Assembly: GCA_964553935.1 (NCBI GenBank) | Contig: CAZKNC010000001.1 | Span: 1 to 29,189 of the forward strand | Direction: 5' to 3' | DNA from: an uncultured Planctomycetia bacterium | GTDB lineage: Bacteria > Omnitrophota > Gorgyraeia > 1-14-0-20-64-10 | DNA length: 29,189 bases | Part shown: one piece after another, positions 10,243-17,224 of the stretch | Position numbering within the stretch: the stretch's first letter is position 1 | Layout of the letters: every line of letters starts with the position of its first letter | Translations under genes and position numbers: made by a program | The notes under the pieces: generated by a model | What the model saw: only the letters and a program-made list of their open reading frames with translations | The model's database searches: none | Told to the model about the DNA's origin: nothing

Positions 10243-11089
10243 GCTCGGCGCGCACATGTCGGTGGCCGGCGGATTCGAACGGGCCATCGAGCGGGGGCTG
10301 AAGGTCGGTTGTCAGACGATCCAGATTTTCACCAAGTCGAACAACCAATGGGCGGCGCCCCCGATCACCGGTGAGCAGGTCAAGCCGTTTACCCGCGCGG
10401 GCAAGCAGAGCGGCATCAGCCCGATTTTTTTTTTTTTTTCTTATCTGATCAATGTGGGATGTCCGGACAAGGCCACTTACGAGTTTTCAAAAAAAGCGCT
10501 GAAGGTGGAAGTGGAACGGGCGGAAGCCCTGGGTCTGGCGTTTCTGGTCCTGCATCCCGGTTCCCATAAGGAAGCGGGAGAGGAGCCCTGCATTCGGCGG
10601 ATCGCGGACACGGTGGCCTGGGTGCTGGATCAAACCAAGGGTGCCCGCGTGAAGGTGTTGTACGAGAATGCGGCGGGGCAGGGTTCCTGCGTCGGGCATC
10701 GGTTTGAGCATCTGGCGTCGCTTTTGAAACAGGCCGGCCATCCGGGCCGGACCGGGATCTGCCTGGACACCTGCCATCTTTTTGCGGCCGGCTACGACAT
10801 CCGGACGAAAGCCGATTACGAGCAGACCATGGCGCAGTTCGACCGAATCGTCGGTCTGGACAAGATCCAGGCGATTCACCTGAACGATTCGAAAAAAGAG
10901 CTGGGCTCCCGCGTGGACCGGCACGAACACATTGGGCAGGGGGAAATCGGGTTGGAGGCGTTCCGTTGCCTGCTCAACGACAAGCGGCTGAACCACTTGC
11001 CGATGGTGCTGGAAACGCCCAAAGACGAGGAATGTGCCGAGGATGTCATGAACTTGAAGGTTTTGCGGGGGCTGATCGCGAAAAAATGA
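10235..11089 (+). CDS. nfo: Endonuclease IV (AP endonuclease); start uncertain (CTG 10235 or ATG 10256); internal poly-T likely an error
   Basis: LGAHMS, QIFTKSNNQW, VLHPGS, ENAAGQG, CLDTCHLFAAGYD, HLNDSK, DRHEHIG and LETP. Confidence 0.93.
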   Translation: MLKLGAHMSVAGGFERAIERGLKVGCQTIQIFTKSNNQWAAPPITGEQVKPFTRAGKQSGISPIFFFFSYLINVGCPDKATYEFSKKALKVEVERAEALGLAFLVLHPGSHKEAGEEPCIRRIADTVAWVLDQTKGARVKVLYENAAGQGSCVGHRFEHLASLLKQAGHPGRTGICLDTCHLFAAGYDIRTKADYEQTMAQFDRIVGLDKIQAIHLNDSKKELGSRVDRHEHIGQGEIGLEAFRCLLNDKRLNHLPMVLETPKDEECAEDVMNLKVLRGLIAKK

Positions 11090-12108
11090 TGAATAAGAAG
11101 GGTGTCGTCATGATCTCCGGCGGCTTGGACTCCACGCTGGCCGCGCGCGTCCTGTTGGACCAGGGGGTGGAGCTGTGCGGGGTTTATCTTTCGGCGCCCT
11201 GGGGCTGCTGCGACAAGACCAAGGCGATGAAGGTGGCCCGCTCGCTGGGGATCGATTTCATGGTGGTCAAGCTGGACGAGGAATACATCCAGGTTTTGCG
11301 TTCCCCGAAGTACGGGCGCGGAGCCCATATGAACCCCTGCATCGACTGCCGGATTTACATGTTCCAAAAATCCAAGGAGCTGATGGAGCGGATCGGCGCC
11401 TCTTTCCTGGTGACCGGGGAGGTGTTGGGCCAGCGGCCGATGTCTCAGATGAGGCATTCGCTGGCGCTCATCGAAGAGCAGGCGGGACTGCAGCGGCGGG
11501 TGGTCCGGCCGCTGTCGGCCAAGCTTTTGCCGGTCTCCCTGCCGGAAGAAGAGGGGATGATCGACCGGGAAAAATTGCTCGACTGGAGCGGCCGGTCTCG
11601 CAAGCCGCAGATGCAGCTGGCGCTCAAATATGGGATTCTGGAATACCCGAATCCGGCCGGCGGCTGTCTGCTGACCGACGAGCAGTTCAGCCAGCGGGTG
11701 AAGGATCTGTTCGATCACCAAGAGGAGATCGATCTGGAGGATATGGAGATGCTGCGGATCGGCCGGCATTTCCGCGTGGATGAAGCCACCAAGCTGATCG
11801 TGGGCCGCAATGAGCAGGAAAACATGACGCTCGAGGAATACCTGTCTCCGGGGCGCGTGCTGTTCCAGCCGGATGATTTTCCGGCCCCTTCCGTCCTGCT
11901 GGTGGGTCCGCCGAATGACGAGGCCAACCAGACGGCTGTTCGGCTCATCGCCCATTACAGCCGGACCGACAAGGTGCCGGCCGGCGCGCGGATTCGGATT
12001 CGGATCGGCGCGGCCCGAGATGTGGAGGCCCCGGTTCTTATGGAAGAAAGCGTTCCGGCCGGGTTGGCACTGGAAGCCGAACAGGTTGAAAGAATGCGAG
12101 TCGCATGA
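11086..12108 (+). CDS. PP-loop ATP pyrophosphatase, ThiI/MnmA-like tRNA thiolation enzyme without THUMP domain
   Basis: SGGLDS PP-loop, NPCIDCR, TGEVLGQRPMSQ, RPLSAKLL, YPNPAGGCLLTD and C-terminal GRHFR/IVGRNEQEN. ATG 11086 overlaps the nfo stop. Confidence 0.75.
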   Translation: MMNKKGVVMISGGLDSTLAARVLLDQGVELCGVYLSAPWGCCDKTKAMKVARSLGIDFMVVKLDEEYIQVLRSPKYGRGAHMNPCIDCRIYMFQKSKELMERIGASFLVTGEVLGQRPMSQMRHSLALIEEQAGLQRRVVRPLSAKLLPVSLPEEEGMIDREKLLDWSGRSRKPQMQLALKYGILEYPNPAGGCLLTDEQFSQRVKDLFDHQEEIDLEDMEMLRIGRHFRVDEATKLIVGRNEQENMTLEEYLSPGRVLFQPDDFPAPSVLLVGPPNDEANQTAVRLIAHYSRTDKVPAGARIRIRIGAARDVEAPVLMEESVPAGLALEAEQVERMRVA

Positions 12109-12860
12109 GTGACCCTCAGGCAACGGCAGGCCACAAGCCGGCTTCAAGCGCGGGTCCTGAGGCCGAGAAGCCCTCGATCCCCCAGGACCCGACCTTTGTC
12201 GATTTTCTCTGTTTTTCAATCGACCCGGCGTTTCGCCGCCTGCCGGAAGCCGAGCAAAAACAGCGGATCGAGGAATTCCTGCAGGCGCTGGAAAAGAAAC
12301 GGAAGGATGTGGACCTCCGGCCTTACCTGGGGATTGGCCTGCGCAGCGACACCGACTTCTTCTTCTGGGCGATCGCCAAGGATCTGGCGCCGTTCCAGCG
12401 GCTCACGGCGGAGTTGATGAGTACGGGGTTGGGCGGCTATCTGCGCTTAAGCTGGGTTTTTGTGGCGATGACGCGCCCTTCCGTTTATAATCCGGCGCAT
12501 CTCCCCGCCTTTGAGACGGGCGAGAAGCCGCGCCGGTACCTGTTTCTGTATCCGTTCGTGAAATCGCGGGAGTGGTATTTACTGCCGTTTTCGGAACGTC
12601 GGCGGATGATGCAGGGCCACATGAACACCGGCGAGCTGTACCCAATGGTGCGGCTCAACACCACCTATTCGTTCGGCCTGGGAGACCAGGATTTCGTGCT
12701 GGCGTTCGAAACGGATGAGCCGGCCGCGTTTGAAGATCTTGTGCAGCGCCTTCGGGAATCGGAGGCCAGTCGCTACACGGTTCGAGACACGCCATTCATT
12801 CTCGGTCTGCGGTGCGCCGACGGCCGGGAACTCATGAAAGGATTGGGTTTTCTATGTTAA
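12105..12860 (+). CDS. Chlorite dismutase/coproheme decarboxylase superfamily protein (Cld-like)
   Basis: YPFVKSREWYLLP..ER..MM.GH (proximal His), NTTYSFGLGDQDFVLAFETD and LRESEASRYT. Confidence 0.85.
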   Translation: MSDPQATAGHKPASSAGPEAEKPSIPQDPTFVDFLCFSIDPAFRRLPEAEQKQRIEEFLQALEKKRKDVDLRPYLGIGLRSDTDFFFWAIAKDLAPFQRLTAELMSTGLGGYLRLSWVFVAMTRPSVYNPAHLPAFETGEKPRRYLFLYPFVKSREWYLLPFSERRRMMQGHMNTGELYPMVRLNTTYSFGLGDQDFVLAFETDEPAAFEDLVQRLRESEASRYTVRDTPFILGLRCADGRELMKGLGFLC

Positions 12861-13831
12861 ACACGACCACGGTAGGGAGCTTTCCGAAATCCGAGCAGTT
12901 GAAGGCCGCGCGGGCCAAGACCCGGCGCGGACAGATGGACCGCCAGGAGCTGTTGAAACTGGAGCAGGCCGAGACCAAGGAATGGATCGAGATCCAGGAG
13001 AAAATCGGCCTGGATATCCTGGTCGACGGCGAGATGTACCGCGGGGACATGGCCACCTATTTCGCCGAATACCTGGGCGGATTCGCGATCAGCTCGCTCG
13101 TGCGCTCCTACGGCAACCGCTACTACCGGAAACCGATCGCCAACGGCCCGATCCGCTGGAAGGGACCGATGACCGTGGAATTTTTTTTTTTAATGATGCG
13201 GCGACCACCGAGATCTACACGATATGGCACACTCTTGCCCTACACGATGATGGACTGGTCTTTCGACGAACATTATCCGAACCGGCGGGCCTTCTGCCTG
13301 GATCTGGCGCGGGCGATTCACGAGGAGGTCAAGGCGCTGGAGCAGGCGGGGGCGCAGTTCATCCAGATCGATGAACCGGCGGTTTCCACGCGGGTGGAAG
13401 AGCTGGACCTGGCCATCGAGGCGATGAAGATCGTGACACAGGGCGTCCGCGTGAAGACGGGAACTCACATCTGCTACGGGGATTTCGAGAAGGTCTATCC
13501 CAAAATGCTGGACCTGGCGGTGGACCAGTTCGACCTGGAGTTCACCAACTCCAACTTCAAGCTGTTGGACGTGATCCGGAAAGTGCCCTTCACCAAGGAA
13601 GTGGCGTTTGGCGTCGTCGACGTCCATTCGCACCGCGTCGAATCCGTCGAGGAGATCGCGGCGAATATCCGCAAAGCGCTGGAAGTCTTTCCGCTGGAGA
13701 AGATCACCATCGACCCGGACTGTGGCTTGAAGACCCGGCTCAAGGAAGAATCGATTGCCAAGCTCACCAACATGGTGGCGGCGGTCCGGCAGGTGAAGAA
13801 AGAGCTCGGTGTCCCGGTCGCGGGTTCTTAA
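12854..13831 (+). CDS. Cobalamin-independent methionine synthase catalytic barrel (MetE C-terminal-half-like); contains adapter contamination
   Basis: TTVGSFPK, DILVDGEMYRGDM, VRSYGNRYYRKP and IQIDEPA. Zn ligands are THICYG (H-x-C), the Glu of DLEF, and PDCG. Confidence 0.88.
   Translation: MLNTTTVGSFPKSEQLKAARAKTRRGQMDRQELLKLEQAETKEWIEIQEKIGLDILVDGEMYRGDMATYFAEYLGGFAISSLVRSYGNRYYRKPIANGPIRWKGPMTVEFFFLMMRRPPRSTRYGTLLPYTMMDWSFDEHYPNRRAFCLDLARAIHEEVKALEQAGAQFIQIDEPAVSTRVEELDLAIEAMKIVTQGVRVKTGTHICYGDFEKVYPKMLDLAVDQFDLEFTNSNFKLLDVIRKVPFTKEVAFGVVDVHSHRVESVEEIAANIRKALEVFPLEKITIDPDCGLKTRLKEESIAKLTNMVAAVRQVKKELGVPVAGS
13181..13247 (+). other. Illumina adapter contamination: poly-T + P5 + 8-nt index + start of the TruSeq Read 1 primer
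   Basis: T11 at 13181-13191. AATGATGCGGCGACCACCGAGATCTACAC (13192-13220) is 28/29 identical to P5; GATATGGC occupies the index position; ACACTCTTGCCCTACACGA (13229-13247) is 18/19 identical to the TruSeq primer. Confidence 0.97.
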
Positions 13832-14543
13832 GGAACTCGGGACCCGACCGGTTTATCTGGACGAGGCCTGGCATTCGCCGCAAGGCCGGGCCATCCGGGA
13901 GGTAATCTACGGCAGTACCGACGGGCTGGTCACCTCGCTCGGGTTCGTGATCGGAGTCTTCGGAGCCCTTCATGACAGCCGGATTATCCTGATTACGGGG
14001 ATTGCGGGCGCCACTGCCGGGGCGCTTTCCATGGGTTTTTCCGCCTACATTTCTTCCAAATCCCAGTCGGAGTTTTTCCTGGCCGAGATCGACCGCGAAC
14101 GCCGCGAGATGCGGGAGATGCCGAACAAGGAGAGGGAAGAGGTTCGGAAAATTTACCGGGCCAAGGGCTTCAAGGGGGAGGAACTGGAGATGGTCGTCCG
14201 CCGCATCACCTCCGATCCCAAGGTCTGGCTGCGCTGCATGATGGAAGAAGAACTGGGCTTGATCGTGGAAACGTTCGATACGCCGTGGATGGTGGGGGCC
14301 ATCACCGCTGCTTCCTACACGCTGGCCGCGTTTCTGCCGATCCTGCCGTATGTCTGGAAAATACCCGATCAGGCGTTCATTTGGTCCGTTGGAATATCCG
14401 TCGCGGTTCTTTTCGGTTTGGGGGCCGCCAAAACCAAGCTGACCAAACTGTCTCCCTGGCGGAGCGGATTTGAGCTCATGACCATCGGTCTGATTTCCGC
14501 GGGGGTCGGCTACGCGATCGGGCGGCTGACCGGCACCCTATAG
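13809..14543 (+). CDS. VIT1/CCC1-family Fe/Mn transporter
   Basis: REVIYGSTDGLVT, AGALSMGFSAYIS, acidic cytosolic ERREMREMPNKEREE and EEELGL. The GTG start overlaps the metE 3' end. Confidence 0.92.
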   Translation: MSRSRVLKELGTRPVYLDEAWHSPQGRAIREVIYGSTDGLVTSLGFVIGVFGALHDSRIILITGIAGATAGALSMGFSAYISSKSQSEFFLAEIDRERREMREMPNKEREEVRKIYRAKGFKGEELEMVVRRITSDPKVWLRCMMEEELGLIVETFDTPWMVGAITAASYTLAAFLPILPYVWKIPDQAFIWSVGISVAVLFGLGAAKTKLTKLSPWRSGFELMTIGLISAGVGYAIGRLTGTL

Positions 14544-14552
14544 ATTCCTGGC

Positions 14553-14581
14553 TTGACATGCGCGAACGACCTTTGTAACAT
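14553..14581 (+). promoter_or_regulatory. Sigma70 promoter for tRNA-Glu
   Basis: TTGACA (14553-14558), 17-nt spacer, TAACAT (14576-14581). Confidence 0.75.
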
Positions 14582-14609
14582 TCCTTACGATGAATACCTT
14601 AGAGTTTAT

Positions 14610-14682
14610 GGCGCTATCGTCTAGTGGCCTAGGACGCATCCCTCTCACGGATGAAACACGGGTTCGATTCCCGTTAGCGCTA
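14610..14682 (+). tRNA. tRNA-Glu (anticodon CTC); CCA not encoded
   Basis: Acceptor stem GGCGCTA/TAGCGCT, D-loop CTAGTGGCCTAGG, anticodon stem CATCC/GGATG with CTC at 14644-14646, and T-loop GGTTCGATTCCC. Confidence 0.95.
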
Positions 14683-14692
14683 GGTACATAAG

Positions 14693-15043
14693 ATGATGAC
14701 CTGCATCTATTGCCAGCGCGAATTTGAGCCGTCCAAGTACCGGCGCACCCGTCAGCGGGCGTGCGGTGATCCGCCCTGCCAGAAAAAGCGTCAGCGGGAC
14801 AATCTGCTGGCCTGGCAGGAGAAAAATCCCCTTTACTACCGCATCAAGCGGATGGACCCGACCTGGAGAGGCAAGGCGCGCCTGCGGGCCAAGCGCTGGC
14901 GGATGGCGCACCGCGACAGGATTCAGGCCTATCGCACGGCGACCATGGATCAGTATCGGGTCTACATGCGGGAATACATGCGGCGGTATCGGGCCGTTTC
15001 AAAGACCAAGCCGGTCCAGCCGCCGGCTCCAACCCAAATTTAG
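14693..15043 (+). CDS. Small basic hypothetical protein with a putative Zn-binding C-x2-C-x16-C-x4-C motif
   Basis: CIYC...CGDPPC followed by an Arg/Lys-rich helical tail; lies between the tRNA and the next gene on the same strand. Confidence 0.65.
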   Translation: MMTCIYCQREFEPSKYRRTRQRACGDPPCQKKRQRDNLLAWQEKNPLYYRIKRMDPTWRGKARLRAKRWRMAHRDRIQAYRTATMDQYRVYMREYMRRYRAVSKTKPVQPPAPTQI

Positions 15044-15055
15044 GAGAGACGGCTC

Positions 15056-15313
15056 ATGAACAGTTCCTCGTTCAAAATTCTTGGAATCCTGTCGGTGGTG
15101 CTGAAGGTCTATTCTTTTTTGACCCTTTTTCTCATGGCCATCGGTGTGGTCGGGATTCTGATGGCGGGAGAGGCGACCGGCCCCCAGAAGTTCCAAATCC
15201 TGCTCAACATGGTTTTGGGCGGTACTCTTTTCTTCCTGGTTCTTTACACGCTGAGTGATCTGGTTCGGTTGATGCTGAAGATTGACGCTCAGACAAGTAA
15301 AGAATCTTCATAG
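15056..15313 (+). CDS. Small two-TM hypothetical membrane protein
   Basis: SD-like GGAGAG upstream, two hydrophobic helices and a C-terminal DLVRLMLKID motif. Confidence 0.7.
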   Translation: MNSSSFKILGILSVVLKVYSFLTLFLMAIGVVGILMAGEATGPQKFQILLNMVLGGTLFFLVLYTLSDLVRLMLKIDAQTSKESS

Positions 15314-15374
15314 CCAGCTAACGATATCGTCTTCCAGAACCGTCTCAAGCGTTCGGAATATCTTTTTCGAATGC

Positions 15375-15403
15375 TTGACTTCACAGAACCCATCGGGTAA
15401 CCT
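15375..15403 (+). promoter_or_regulatory. Sigma70 promoter of the TolC-MFP-RND operon, embedded in repeats
   Basis: TTGACT (15375-15380), 17-nt spacer, TAACCT (15398-15403). The -35 overlaps an 11-bp inverted repeat (15345-15355/15368-15378). Confidence 0.6.
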
Positions 15404-15425
15404 CTTCAACAGAAGAGAGACGGTT

Positions 15426-17210
15426 TTGAGACGGTTAATCCCACACTGGCTTTGTTTGACCTGCGGGTTCCTCTCGGCCTGCGGCGCGTTTGTCTGCCCG
15501 GCTTTTTCTGAAGATCAAACAATTACCCTCCAATCGGTTCGAGTTCTCCCCACCCTCGACGGCGATACGGTAGAAATTCAGTCCGATCAGCCCTTCTCAA
15601 TCGTCACTTACACGCTCTCTAATCCGGACCGGCTCATCATTGATCTTCTGGAAACCAATGCTTGGAGCTGGAGCGATTCGGTTTTGCCGGTCTCGGGTCA
15701 GCTCGTCCGCTCCTGCAGGTTTTATCCGCCGGCCGGGGCCAAATCGTCCGAGCAGGTCGATTATCTGGAACTGGTTTTGAAGGAACCCGCCGAGCATTTC
15801 GTGGAACCGGTTTCCGGGAAGCTTACCGTGCATCTGCGGCCAAAAGAGCCGTTCCTCCCGCCTACCCGCGGAGAAGCGCCCATCCTCGCACCGGTTTCCA
15901 CCCTGTGGAGTCTTCAGCAGGCCGAGCAGTTCGGCATTGGGCGGCATCGGCCGGTGCGGATCGCGCGGGAGGAGATCGAGCTGGCTCACGCCAAAGTGCG
16001 GGAAGCGCGCCGGGCGCTGTATCCGGCGGCCACGCTGAAATTCAGCTGGACCAACGGAACCGCGTCCCAGGTGGATTTCTCCGAATACACCACCGGTCTG
16101 CAGTTGGAACAGCCGCTCTATTATTCCGGCCGGCTGATGGAGGCGTACCGGCAGTCCCTGGTGAATCTGCAGGTGGCGGAGAAACGTTCCGGCAAGGTGA
16201 AAGCCGATTACGCCGTGGAGCTGGCCCAGGAATATTTTCAGCTCATCAGCGCGAAGGTCAGCCGCCGAGCCCAGGAGGGGCTGGCGGCAGAAACTGAAAC
16301 GTTCCTGGAAAAGGGGAAAGCGCGCTTCGAGAAGAAATTGCTCACCCAGCTGGAAATCCTCAACATCCAGTCCCAGGTCAACCAAGCCCGATTTCAGCGG
16401 GCCAACGCGGACAACGATGTCACCCTCGCGCGGCTGAAGTTTCTTCAAAAGCTGGCTCTGGAGCCGGGCACCTCCGTCGACGTTCCGGAAGAGTTCCAGA
16501 CGACTGCCCAGCAGGAGGTTGATCTGGAGGAAGCCCTGAAGCTGACGGCCCGCTACAAGCCGGAGATCCTGGTGAACAGTCTGCTGGTCAAGTTTCATGA
16601 ATACGAGGAGCGGATTGCCAAGGCGAAGCTCAAGTGGAAGGTGGATCTCTCCGGCTTTATCGGCGCTTCGGCGGCGGCGTTTGAAACCGAGCCGCTGGAC
16701 GCGGGAGAGGATTATTTCGTCGGTTTCAAGGCCACGCGGGCATGGGGCCCGCACAGCGCCACTGCTTCGGCGACCAAGACCAAAACCTCGCCGCGGCTGG
16801 GGCAGACCACCCGGACCGACTCGACCGTCTACTCGACTGAGATGGGCCTGTTCGACCAGCTGCAGGGCCTCACGGAAATCCAGCAGTCGCAGGTGAATCT
16901 TGAAAAAGCCCGGCGCGACTTGGAGGAATCCAAGAGCGCGGCTTTCCAGGAAGTCCATGAGTCTTATATCAGCTACCAAAAGGCGCGGCTCCAGCTGCAG
17001 TACGCCGATCAGAAGATCGCGTTTCGGGAGGAGCAGGTCAAGATTTTGAAAGCGCAAGCCTCCGTGAATGAAGCCCTTCCTTCGCAGGTTTTGGAAGCGG
17101 TCGTGAAGCTGACCGAAGAAAAAGTGGCCAGAGCGCAGGCGATGGGCAGCTACTACGCGGCGTTGGCGAAGCTCAACAAGGCCGTCGGCCTGCCCGGACA
17201 TTACCGTTAA
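15426..17210 (+). CDS. AMIN domain fused to a TolC-family outer membrane channel
   Basis: TTG 15426 after GAAGAG, then a signal-peptide-like segment ending PAFS. The AMIN-like region includes VEIQSDQPF..YTLSNPDRLIIDL. TolC-like repeats include EARRALYPAATL, LEQPLYYSGRL and YYAALAKLNKAVG. Confidence 0.85.
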   Translation: MRRLIPHWLCLTCGFLSACGAFVCPAFSEDQTITLQSVRVLPTLDGDTVEIQSDQPFSIVTYTLSNPDRLIIDLLETNAWSWSDSVLPVSGQLVRSCRFYPPAGAKSSEQVDYLELVLKEPAEHFVEPVSGKLTVHLRPKEPFLPPTRGEAPILAPVSTLWSLQQAEQFGIGRHRPVRIAREEIELAHAKVREARRALYPAATLKFSWTNGTASQVDFSEYTTGLQLEQPLYYSGRLMEAYRQSLVNLQVAEKRSGKVKADYAVELAQEYFQLISAKVSRRAQEGLAAETETFLEKGKARFEKKLLTQLEILNIQSQVNQARFQRANADNDVTLARLKFLQKLALEPGTSVDVPEEFQTTAQQEVDLEEALKLTARYKPEILVNSLLVKFHEYEERIAKAKLKWKVDLSGFIGASAAAFETEPLDAGEDYFVGFKATRAWGPHSATASATKTKTSPRLGQTTRTDSTVYSTEMGLFDQLQGLTEIQQSQVNLEKARRDLEESKSAAFQEVHESYISYQKARLQLQYADQKIAFREEQVKILKAQASVNEALPSQVLEAVVKLTEEKVARAQAMGSYYAALAKLNKAVGLPGHYR

Positions 17211-17224
17211 CCCGAGGAGTTCGG

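Noticed and set aside
10966-11085. N-terminal extensions given by the ORF track (also 7045, 12812 and 15282 starts)
   Set aside because: They overlap upstream genes or promoters; downstream starts with stop-start coupling or an SD fit family N-termini better.
12105-12860. Calling the gene a true chlorite dismutase (cld) or hemQ/chdC
   Set aside because: The catalytic distal Arg appears absent by manual alignment, and subfamily assignment needs a phylogeny.
13181-13240. Novel peptide motif FFFLMMRRPPRSTRYGTL in methionine synthase
   Set aside because: It is the translation of the Illumina adapter.
14610-15313. tRNA-Glu as the integration site of an island covering the RND/giant-gene region
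   Set aside because: No integrase, no duplicated tRNA 3' end, and no compositional shift in the downstream genes within the window.
15597-17201. Long antisense and alternate-frame ORFs (e.g. 15597-17201, 10876-12219, 7558-8751, 26623-27609, 27856-28653)
   Set aside because: These are shadows of well-supported + strand genes in GC-rich DNA and carry no family motifs.
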